Of a stretch of 64,000 bases of DNA, positions 55,371 through 63,564 are shown piece after piece. The stretch is from Candidatus Daviesbacteria bacterium. Lineage in GTDB: Bacteria; Patescibacteriota; Microgenomatia; Daviesbacterales; UBA10151. The stretch covers positions 578,619-642,618 of the forward strand of contig CP066688.1 of the NCBI GenBank assembly GCA_016432425.1. The letters are read 5' to 3'. A program made the translations under genes and the position numbers. Each line of letters opens with the position of its first letter. Within the stretch, counting starts at the first letter, position 1. Below the pieces are notes generated by a model. It saw only the letters and a list, made by a program, of their open reading frames with translations. It was not told where the DNA came from and ran no database searches.

Positions 55371-55724
55371 ATGGGATTAAAGTCAGAGAAGAACCCTATA
55401 AATAGAACGCATATCTGGGTAGCAATAATAATTGGAGCTGCAATTTTTGGCTATGGAATGCTAAATTTTATTTCTAAGGAAAACGAACGAACTAATCAAG
55501 CTGAAATCCAGAGGAAAGAGCAAGAAGCAAAGAAATCCAATGCAATTTTATTAGAAACGTGTTTAAATGAAGCTGATATAAGGATGAATAATTCGTGGAA
55601 GGATTTATGCAAAGCAAAAGGATTGAAGGAAGACTGTCTCCAACCACTAGATCTAGTTGAAATACAAGACAAAAGGCTTACAGAATTAAAAGGCGCATGT
55701 TTTAAAAAGTATCCACAAAATTAA
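55371..55724 (+). CDS. Membrane-anchored hypothetical protein with four Cys
   Basis: N-terminal TM, coiled coil. Confidence 0.6.
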   Translation: MGLKSEKNPINRTHIWVAIIIGAAIFGYGMLNFISKENERTNQAEIQRKEQEAKKSNAILLETCLNEADIRMNNSWKDLCKAKGLKEDCLQPLDLVEIQDKRLTELKGACFKKYPQN

Positions 55725-55725
55725 T

Positions 55726-56715
55726 ATGGCTAAATGGATTAAAGAAAACAAGATTGCAGCAGGAATTATTGTTATTCTGATTGGAATTTTAGGCTTTGTT
55801 TATTTTGATAAAAACCCAAGTAAAATAGGTGATATTGGCAAGACTAGTCAATTAGCCCAAGAAAGTACTAGTTTTGGAGATAAGGTATTAAGTTTTAATT
55901 CATTAGATAAAGTAGAAAAGTTTGAGGATTTGACGAAATGGGGTTTAGTTGCACCAGAGCAATACAATCATACAGCTGGAAAAAACCTTATTATGTTAGC
56001 AATAAAGGCTAATGCCATCCAAAAAGGAGATTGGGTTACAGCACATGGATTATTGGGAACTAGTATGCTCGATGTAGATTTGCTAGACAGGGAAGGCTAT
56101 AAATCACTTTTCTCCTCTATGTTTACAATACAGGGATTTAAAATGTATGCCAGTAGTCTGAATACGGATATGGGATTACTAGTTGATATAGATGGGACTG
56201 TTAAACCCACAAAATCAATTATTGCCCAACGAGAAGGAATAATATATGCAGCTAGTAATGAACTAGAAGGAAGGTATGTATACAATGATGCTGGAAATTT
56301 TGGGAAAAATTATCTTCCTGAGCCCACCCGAAAAAGTAATGCCAAACTTAGTAAAATTCTACTAAATGGACTAAAAGTTTATAATCAGCTTAGAACAGCT
56401 GGTTTTGACGATAAAACCCTTAGGGACGCCCTATGTATTACCTATGCGTCTTTGGATTATGATAATGTTTCTGTAGATAGCACTGATATTTATTATCTTG
56501 GCTCTTTACAAGTATGTAAAGATGCTTTGAAAGCAACTCTCACGAAGTTAAACTCTGAAAAAGATAATAATTACAATTTTCTTCAGGAGCTTGGATGGGA
56601 GATGCAATCAAGAAGTCTTGCTTCTGGTGATGGGATACTAATTCCTGATGATGAAAAGAATTTTGAAGCAATGCTGAAAGTTATTGAGAAAGATTTAGAC
56701 TCAATAAAAAAGTGA
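55726..56715 (+). CDS. Membrane-anchored hypothetical protein
   Basis: 329 aa, N-terminal TM. Confidence 0.65.
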   Translation: MAKWIKENKIAAGIIVILIGILGFVYFDKNPSKIGDIGKTSQLAQESTSFGDKVLSFNSLDKVEKFEDLTKWGLVAPEQYNHTAGKNLIMLAIKANAIQKGDWVTAHGLLGTSMLDVDLLDREGYKSLFSSMFTIQGFKMYASSLNTDMGLLVDIDGTVKPTKSIIAQREGIIYAASNELEGRYVYNDAGNFGKNYLPEPTRKSNAKLSKILLNGLKVYNQLRTAGFDDKTLRDALCITYASLDYDNVSVDSTDIYYLGSLQVCKDALKATLTKLNSEKDNNYNFLQELGWEMQSRSLASGDGILIPDDEKNFEAMLKVIEKDLDSIKK

Positions 56716-56738
56716 GTGATCTAATAGAATAGATAAAA

Positions 56739-56999
56739 ATGGACTTAAAAGAAATAATATTTAAGGATAAATGGTTTGTTTTGGTGATAGTTTTAATCGC
56801 CTTATTGTTTCTTTGGTTTGGAATTAGACCAGCGTATATCATATCCTCATGCCAAGGAGAAGCACGGAAGGCTGGAGTCGACTGGTGGCAGCTTGAGTTT
56901 ACCATGGTTTTAGAACCCCTAAAAAAATCTCAATTACAAACAGAATACATAGAAGACTATTATATCCGATGCCTACGTGATAAAGGTTTATCAGAGTAG
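56739..56999 (+). CDS. Small membrane protein
   Basis: TM then RP....SC ... Y..CL...GL. Confidence 0.55.
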   Translation: MDLKEIIFKDKWFVLVIVLIALLFLWFGIRPAYIISSCQGEARKAGVDWWQLEFTMVLEPLKKSQLQTEYIEDYYIRCLRDKGLSE

Positions 57000-57249
57000 A
57001 GATACATTTAATGGCGAAGCTAAATAGAGGGGGGTTAATGCCTAAAATCCAAGTTTTCGGAGTCGGTTGAGGCTAATAAGTTGATAAAAGTTGAGTTTTC
57101 CGACATATTCCCACAAATTCATGCAATCCCTATAAAAGAGCACTTTCCGAAGCTAGTTTAAGAGTTTTCCGCCACCTTTAAAAAGAGTATAATTTAGCCA
57201 GATTTCATGGAGATTAAGGTATGAACCACAAAATTTCCAGTTTTCCAGT

Positions 57250-57885
57250 ATGACCGCAACAAAAGTTACATATTATAAAGATTTATCGAATGAAGACGAG
57301 AAAGAGCTAGTGTTATGGTTAGCATATTTTGAAGAATCTGTAAATAATTCGTTAACTCAAAAGCGTCGATGGAAAAGAAACATGGATAATTGGGATTTAC
57401 AAATGTTTTTTGTTGCAGTTAGATGTATTTATGAAGCAACAGAAGGTTTAATGAACTTGAGATTTTTTTGTAACAATGAGCCTGGAATATGGAAAGCAAT
57501 GAGTAGTTTTCGAAGGTATTTTGATGGAACGAGCTTAAAAGATCTGCGTGATGAAAGTATCCATAGAGATCAGTTGTATAACCGAAAGAGTAAACAAAAA
57601 AGACCTCTTCAAGTAGGAAGCTTAATTATTTTAGGAGGTCTAATAGTAAATTCTAACGAATACGTTTATCAAAATGGAGTTCACAAGATAAAAGTTTTAG
57701 AAACTTTCCAGATAATAGAAGCTTTAGCAAGGGAAATCCGATTAGCATTAGATAAGAGAATCAAAAAAAATCCTGATCCTATGACATATAACAAGGGAAT
57801 GATTCCATGGATGGATCTAAGGAGTTTTATTAGAAGAAAGAGAAGACATCAATTTTCTAAAGATCTGCTAAAATATGGGGTATGA
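57250..57885 (+). CDS. Hypothetical helical protein with a HEPN-like RxxxxH motif
   Basis: LKDLRDESIHRD. Confidence 0.55.
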   Translation: MTATKVTYYKDLSNEDEKELVLWLAYFEESVNNSLTQKRRWKRNMDNWDLQMFFVAVRCIYEATEGLMNLRFFCNNEPGIWKAMSSFRRYFDGTSLKDLRDESIHRDQLYNRKSKQKRPLQVGSLIILGGLIVNSNEYVYQNGVHKIKVLETFQIIEALAREIRLALDKRIKKNPDPMTYNKGMIPWMDLRSFIRRKRRHQFSKDLLKYGV

Positions 57886-59039
57886 GTTTACGAGTAGGAA
57901 TAGTTGGGTTACCAAACGTAGGGAAAAGCACGCTGTTTAATGCTCTTTTAAAAAAAAGAGTTGCTTTGTCTGCCAATTATCCTTTTGCCACAGTGGAACC
58001 AAATGTGGGAGTAGTGGCAGTGCCAGATGAGAGATTGACTAAACTGGCAGAGCTGGTAGCTTTGGAAGAAACTGGCGAAAAAGTGGATCCTTCGACCGGT
58101 TCGACTACGCTCACCACAAATACGCTCAGGACTTCACGACCGCCGGTAGTACCGGCAGTCGTTCAGTTTGTAGATATTGCCGGACTGGTTAAGGGAGCCT
58201 CGGTAGGGGAAGGCTTGGGAAATCAATTTCTGTCTCATATTAGAGAAGTAGATGCTCTCATCCATGTACTGAGAGATTTTACAGATGAAAATATAGTGCG
58301 TGCTGGATCAGAAAATCCGGAATCAGATAAAGCTACCATTGAAACAGAACTGATTCTGGCAGATCTGCAAACGCTTGATAAGTTAATTGTAGCTCAAGAA
58401 AAAGAAGCAAAGGTTTCAAAGGACAGTTTGGAAACACAAAAATTACAGATCCTGAAACAAATTGCTGATGACTTAAATGCTGGAAAAAGTATTGCACGAT
58501 TTACGATTGATGATGAACAATTAACGAATTGGTTTAAAACTTTGCCCCTTCTTTCTATTAAGCCAGTATTATATGTTTACAATGTAGATGAGGAAGAATA
58601 TGGACAAACATATCACGGCCGTGTAATAAATGTCCAAGAAAACAGTTTGTTTATATGTGCCAAATTAGAGGAAGAATTGGCTGATTTGTCTGAGCAAGAA
58701 AGAAAAGATTATTTAAAAGAGCTGGGAATTGAGGAGACTGGGTTGGAGAGGTTAATTAAGAAAGCATACGCTTTACTGGATTTAATTTCTTTTTTAACAG
58801 CAGGCAAAAAGGAAGTTAGAGCTTGGACTATTAAAGAGGGTACCAAAGCTGCCCAAGCTGCCGGGGTCATCCACAGCGATTTTGAGAAAAATTTTATCAG
58901 GGCAGAAGTGGTGGAGTATGAAAAATTAATTGAAGCAGGATCCCATGTAGCTGCAAAACAGAAAGGCTGGATGAAAATTGAGGGTAAAGATTATATTATG
59001 AGGGATGGTGATGTGGTGGAATTCCTAGTAGGCAGTTAA
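57882..59039 (+). CDS. ychF: Redox-regulated ATPase YchF
   Basis: GIVGLPNVGKSTLFNAL, ANYPFAT, DIAGLV, GEGLGNQFL, C-terminal TGS domain. Confidence 0.97.
   Translation: MSLRVGIVGLPNVGKSTLFNALLKKRVALSANYPFATVEPNVGVVAVPDERLTKLAELVALEETGEKVDPSTGSTTLTTNTLRTSRPPVVPAVVQFVDIAGLVKGASVGEGLGNQFLSHIREVDALIHVLRDFTDENIVRAGSENPESDKATIETELILADLQTLDKLIVAQEKEAKVSKDSLETQKLQILKQIADDLNAGKSIARFTIDDEQLTNWFKTLPLLSIKPVLYVYNVDEEEYGQTYHGRVINVQENSLFICAKLEEELADLSEQERKDYLKELGIEETGLERLIKKAYALLDLISFLTAGKKEVRAWTIKEGTKAAQAAGVIHSDFEKNFIRAEVVEYEKLIEAGSHVAAKQKGWMKIEGKDYIMRDGDVVEFLVGS
58087..58132 (+). repeat. Nested double element in frame in ychF
   Basis: atccttcgac[cggttcgactacgctcaccacaaa]tacgctcaggac encoding PSTGSTTLTTNTLRT. 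Confidence 0.88.
58601..58649 (+). repeat. CGGCCG-core palindromic element, copy 2, in frame in ychF
   Basis: tggaca..cacggccgtg..tgtcca 36 bp palindrome plus 13 bp tail shared with 39175-39223. Confidence 0.9.
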
Positions 59040-59043
59040 GCTT

Positions 59044-59421
59044 TTAGTCCACAACCCAAGCCATTTTGGCCCGTTGTAAAATTCTATTTTGAGGTTCAGC
59101 TTTAGCTGCTTGCACCAGTGTCTTTTCAAAATCCACTCTCAGTTCTTCTAATCCAGGCGTTTCAGTTAAAACATCTCTAAAATAGCGTACAGGATTATAT
59201 CTTCCCAAATCAAAAAATTGTCCTAGTTGACGCAAATTAGGATTTTTCTCCCAAGTCATTATTTGTATCAAAGCTTCTTTGGCAGTTAAGGGGTAACCTG
59301 CTAACCCGTTTAAAATATGAACCTCTACCCTGAATTCCATCAACAGTGGTTTGACGCGTGGACCGTGTACCCTAACTAAATGGTCCTCCAGACTTATTGG
59401 TTCTTGATCTAATTTTAACAT
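59044..59421 (-). CDS. Hypothetical protein
   Basis: 125 aa ORF with TGATAAAAT 6 nt before the ATG. Confidence 0.55.
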   Translation of the reverse strand: MLKLDQEPISLEDHLVRVHGPRVKPLLMEFRVEVHILNGLAGYPLTAKEALIQIMTWEKNPNLRQLGQFFDLGRYNPVRYFRDVLTETPGLEELRVDFEKTLVQAAKAEPQNRILQRAKMAWVVD

Positions 59422-59473
59422 AATAAAATTTTATCATAGAAGCCTATAGTTGTCAAGTAAATATTATTTTGTC

Positions 59474-59911
59474 TCATTCTTCCAGCAGGCGAAGATACTT
59501 TCTGATTGTTTTTGGGCTTCTACCTAATCTAAGTGCAATCTGTCCAGTATTTAACCCTTCCTGATCTCTTAATCTGGCTGCTTCCCTAGTAACTGCCTGC
59601 ACAGTCTTATTAGGCAGCTGTCTATCAGATTTAGCAGGTGGTAGGAGTGATTGAAGTGCTTTTCTTCCCACATTCATGGCAGCATACATACGCAGTTGTG
59701 CATCTTCAAAACCAAGATTAAGCTGTCTTAACCTGTCTAGTTCTTGTTCAAACTTTGCCTGGTGTTCCGATTTTAAGCCCTCTTGGATCATCGGTAAAGC
59801 AATTTGTCGATATAAGCCTTCTTCTTTAAGCAAGTTGATAATAGAAGTAGGTGGTTGCAGGGGGCCTTCATTTAAATTAGGATTACTCGGTCGAGGAGAA
59901 TCTTTTTCCAT
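59474..59911 (-). CDS. Hypothetical protein with C-terminal HTH
   Basis: GLNTGQIALRLGRSPKTIRKYL. Confidence 0.65.
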   Translation of the reverse strand: MEKDSPRPSNPNLNEGPLQPPTSIINLLKEEGLYRQIALPMIQEGLKSEHQAKFEQELDRLRQLNLGFEDAQLRMYAAMNVGRKALQSLLPPAKSDRQLPNKTVQAVTREAARLRDQEGLNTGQIALRLGRSPKTIRKYLRLLEE

Positions 59912-59994
59912 AAAAATATATTATAACACTATAATCCTATAGTGTCAAAGGCAGATTGCATTTAGAAGTGTTTTTTTGTAAAATGCTTTAGTTT

Positions 59995-60264
59995 ATGAAT
60001 TCATATTTATTAACTTTGGTTTTAAAATCGGATTTAGAAGATCAAGCGCGTCAAACGCTTCTGGCTGATGTGAAGAAAAAAATGTCCAAGGTAGTTAAAG
60101 AGGATTTATGGGGAGAAAGAAGTTTAGCCTATCCCATTAAAAAACAGTCTAAAGGGTACTTTATTCATTTTGAATTTGAGACAGAGCCCAAAGAGGCTGT
60201 GGATCTTGACAAAAGTTTAAAAGTAGAAGAAGATATCCTCAGATACTTATTGGTGAGAGCTTAA
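59995..60264 (+). CDS. rpsF: 30S ribosomal protein S6
   Basis: WGERSLAYPIKK, ILRYLLVR. Confidence 0.95.
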   Translation: MNSYLLTLVLKSDLEDQARQTLLADVKKKMSKVVKEDLWGERSLAYPIKKQSKGYFIHFEFETEPKEAVDLDKSLKVEEDILRYLLVRA

Positions 60265-60271
60265 GAAATAA

Positions 60272-60817
60272 ATGGCTAGTAGATCTTGGAATAGAGTAGA
60301 ATTAATAGGTAATTTAACCAGGGACCCCGAGCTTCGATATACCCCCAATGGTGCAGCTGTAGCAACTTTTGGTATCGCCACCAACCGTTCTTATTTAGTG
60401 GATGGAGAAAGAAAAGAAGAGGTAGATTTTCACCGCTTGGTAGCTTGGAATAAATTGGCTGAGCTTTGTAATCAACTTTTAAAAAAAGGAAACCGGGTAT
60501 TTGTTTCCGGCAGACTGCAAAATCGCAGCTGGGAAGGTGCTGATGGGGTTGCGAAAAATATCACTGAAATTGTGGTAGAAGATATGATAGTTTTGTCACC
60601 AAAAACTGAAGGGATGGTGGTGGCTGCAGAGCCTGTGGAAGATATCTCTCCTGCAGAAGAAGTTTCTGCGCCAGCTCCAGCAGCTACTGCAGCTAGTCAG
60701 GAAGAAGCAGCAGCAGAAGAAAAAGAGCCTGTCAAAGCTCCGCCATCTAAAAAAGCAGAGCCAGTTCCTCCCAAAGAAGATGTCTCAGATAAAGATTTAG
60801 ACGACTTACCATTCTAA
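60272..60817 (+). CDS. ssb: Single-stranded DNA-binding protein
   Basis: NRVELIGNLTRDPELRYT; C-terminal DDLPF. Confidence 0.97.
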   Translation: MASRSWNRVELIGNLTRDPELRYTPNGAAVATFGIATNRSYLVDGERKEEVDFHRLVAWNKLAELCNQLLKKGNRVFVSGRLQNRSWEGADGVAKNITEIVVEDMIVLSPKTEGMVVAAEPVEDISPAEEVSAPAPAATAASQEEAAAEEKEPVKAPPSKKAEPVPPKEDVSDKDLDDLPF

Positions 60818-60888
60818 TTATCTTAGCCATTTCCACCTCTATCATTTAAATATTGAATAGAAACACAACCTAGTATATAATTCTTTTT

Positions 60889-61116
60889 ATGGCTAGAGAA
60901 ATTGTCAGCAGAACAAAAAAAGTTTGCCTTTTTTGTAAGGAAAAAAAAGTTCCTACTTATACAGATAGTGTGGCCTTAAAAAGGTATCTATCTGATCGGG
61001 GGAGAATTGTACCCAAACTCCGGAGTGGAGTTTGCAGCAAACACCAAAGAGGAGTGTCTCGAGAAATTAAACGAGCTCGACATTTAGCACTGTTACCATT
61101 TGTGGTAAAAATATAA
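60889..61116 (+). CDS. rpsR: 30S ribosomal protein S18 (Zn-ribbon type)
   Basis: CLFC, CSKHQR, IKRARHLALLPF; own TTGAAT-N17-TATAAT promoter. Confidence 0.95.
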   Translation: MAREIVSRTKKVCLFCKEKKVPTYTDSVALKRYLSDRGRIVPKLRSGVCSKHQRGVSREIKRARHLALLPFVVKI

Positions 61117-61179
61117 TTTTCGGGCATTGTAGGAAATCCCCCTTGGCGTATCTAAAGTAAAAGGTGTAATATTAACTTT

Positions 61180-62424
61180 ATGCAGATGCAAATTTTCGGC
61201 AAAAAATTCCAATTGCTGACTGTTTTTCTGGTTGCTGTATTAATTTTTGTTGTAGGGTTTAGTTTAGGCCAAGCTTCTCAAATTAATTTGCGGACCATCC
61301 CGCCCACAGTTAAATTTGTTAATCAAACTCCTCCCCAAGAAGTAACTGTAGATTTTAAACTGTTTTGGGATACCTGGACTCTTTTGAACCAACAATATTT
61401 TGATAAAATTGCCTTAGATCCTCAAAAAATGTTTTATGGAGCCATCCAGGGAATGGTATCTGGAGTGGGTGATCCCTATACTGTTTTTTTGCCCCCCACC
61501 CAACAAAAAAATTCCAAAGAAGAGTTGGGAGGGGCTTTTGAGGGAGTGGGGATTGAGTTGGGGTTTAATAAAGATAAACAATTGGTGGTGATTGCGCCTT
61601 TATCCGGTACTCCGGCTGAGAAGGCAGGTATTTTAGCGGGTGATTTAATCGTTAAAATTGATGGTAAAGAAGCTACCGCCTTGAGTGTACCAGATGCAGT
61701 CAAGTTGATCCGGGGCCAGAGAGGTACTGCAGTTGCCCTAACTATTTTCCGTAGCGGAGAAAACGATACCAGAGATATTAAAATTACCAGAGATACTATT
61801 ATAGTTAAAAGTGTGGAGGTTAAATATGTTGACAGTCCGGAAAAGAAAAAAATTGCCGTCATTAAACTATCCCGTTTTGGAGAGAGGACTAATACGGAGT
61901 GGGATTTGGCAGTGAGTGATATTTTAAGTAACAATGTGGTCGGAATAGTACTGGATGTGAGAAACAATCCGGGAGGACTGTTGGACGGGGCTGTTTATAT
62001 TACCTCAGAATTTTTAAAAGAGGGGGTAGTAGTGATCCAAGAAAGCAATAACGGCGCTAAAGTGCCTGCTGCAGTTAACCGATCAGCTAAAATTCCCCAA
62101 ACACCAATGGTAGTTTTAATTAACAAAGGTTCAGCCTCTGCTTCTGAGATTGTCGCTGGGGCCCTGCAAGACCACGGCCGTGCCAAACTAATTGGTGAAC
62201 AATCTTTTGGTAAAGGGACTATCCAGGAGGCAGAGGATTTGCCAAAGGGTACGGGAATTCATATTACCATTGCCAGGTGGCTCACCCCTGATGGCCGTTG
62301 GGTTAATGACTTAGGAGGTTTAAAACCAGACGTGGAAGTAAAAATTGATCCAGATGCGCGAGCTAAAAATCCCACTGATGATCCACAATTGAAAAAAGCT
62401 TTGGAAGTTTTGGACCAATTTTAA
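61180..62424 (+). CDS. S41 carboxy-terminal processing protease (CtpA/Prc)
   Basis: DPYT, PDZ, DVRNNPGG, SASASEI, FGKG. Confidence 0.93.
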   Translation: MQMQIFGKKFQLLTVFLVAVLIFVVGFSLGQASQINLRTIPPTVKFVNQTPPQEVTVDFKLFWDTWTLLNQQYFDKIALDPQKMFYGAIQGMVSGVGDPYTVFLPPTQQKNSKEELGGAFEGVGIELGFNKDKQLVVIAPLSGTPAEKAGILAGDLIVKIDGKEATALSVPDAVKLIRGQRGTAVALTIFRSGENDTRDIKITRDTIIVKSVEVKYVDSPEKKKIAVIKLSRFGERTNTEWDLAVSDILSNNVVGIVLDVRNNPGGLLDGAVYITSEFLKEGVVVIQESNNGAKVPAAVNRSAKIPQTPMVVLINKGSASASEIVAGALQDHGRAKLIGEQSFGKGTIQEAEDLPKGTGIHITIARWLTPDGRWVNDLGGLKPDVEVKIDPDARAKNPTDDPQLKKALEVLDQF

Positions 62425-63564
62425 ATGGATAAAGAAATGGATAAAGCTGCGATTAAAAAACCAAATCTTGATTTAGCCAATATTTTTATTGCCGTGACTT
62501 TGGGGATTTTAGCAGCGGTAGGTTTATACCAAGCTCAAATCAGAGGACTACTGCCTTTTGGCGGTTTTAAAATTCCGGCAGTGGTGAACACTGAAACCAG
62601 GACGCTGGTACAAGAAGAAGATGCAGTAATTTCAGCTGTGGAAAAAGCTTCTTCTTCGGTAGTGGCAATTGGAATTTCTACCAAAGTGATTAATCCTTTT
62701 AACCCTTTTGCTCCCTCCCGCAGTCAGGATAATACCATCGGCACCGGTTTTGTTATTTCCGACAAAGCTATCATTGTCACTAACAAACATGTGGTGTCCG
62801 GAGCTGGCCCCTATACTGTGATTACTAAAGATGGGCAAAAATATGAGGTGACCAGAGTATACCGCGACCCGATTTTAGATTTGGCTTTTGTCCAAATTAA
62901 TGCCCAGGGTTTGAAAGCGGTTGAACTGGGGGATTCTTCCAAACTAAAAGTGGGTCAAACTGTTATTGCCATTGGCAATGCCTTGGGTAGGTTTACCAAC
63001 AGTGTTACCACTGGGGTAGTTTCCGGTTTAGGGCGCAAGGTAGTGGCTGGTGATCCATTTTCTGGGGCAACGGAGAGTTTGGATAATTTAATTCAAACTG
63101 ATGCAGCGATTAATCCCGGTAATTCTGGAGGGCCGCTGTTAAATTCTAAAGGCCAGGTGATTGGGGTAAATGTGGCCACCACCGAAGGGGCCCAAAATAT
63201 TGGTTTTGCCATTCCCATGAATACAGTTAAGCCAATTATGGAAGAATTTTTACAAAAAGGTTCTGTTTCCCGGCCCTTCTTGGGAGTACAGTATAAATTT
63301 ATTAGTAGGGATGTAGCTTTATTAAATGATGTTCCCCAGGGAGTTTATGTCCAAGATGTAGTACTTGGAGGTCCTGCTGAAAAAGCGGGAGTAAAATCCG
63401 GGGATATTATTACCAAAATTAATAACCAAGCAATTGATAATGAAAGTAAACTGGCAGAGATTGTGGCCGGTTCCAATATTGGAGCCAAATTAGAATTAAC
63501 TGTATACCGGGATGGTAGGGAAATTAAAGTTACGGCTACTTTGTCTGATTTACCGGCCCAGTGA
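62425..63564 (+). CDS. HtrA/DegP family serine protease with PDZ domain
   Basis: GTGF, TNKHVV, DLA, QTDAAINPGNSGGPL. Confidence 0.93.
   Translation: MDKEMDKAAIKKPNLDLANIFIAVTLGILAAVGLYQAQIRGLLPFGGFKIPAVVNTETRTLVQEEDAVISAVEKASSSVVAIGISTKVINPFNPFAPSRSQDNTIGTGFVISDKAIIVTNKHVVSGAGPYTVITKDGQKYEVTRVYRDPILDLAFVQINAQGLKAVELGDSSKLKVGQTVIAIGNALGRFTNSVTTGVVSGLGRKVVAGDPFSGATESLDNLIQTDAAINPGNSGGPLLNSKGQVIGVNVATTEGAQNIGFAIPMNTVKPIMEEFLQKGSVSRPFLGVQYKFISRDVALLNDVPQGVYVQDVVLGGPAEKAGVKSGDIITKINNQAIDNESKLAEIVAGSNIGAKLELTVYRDGREIKVTATLSDLPAQ

Larger units (their letters stand above)
53953..57908. mobile_element. ~3.9 kb island bounded by 12 bp direct repeats in the ychF 5' end
   Basis: ggaatagttggg at 53953-53964 and 57897-57908; AT-rich orphan cargo; no integrase seen. 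Confidence 0.65.

Noticed and set aside
62173-62182. CACGGCCGTG inside the S41 protease gene
   Set aside because: It encodes the conserved ALQDHGRA motif and lacks the outer arms of the 36 bp family
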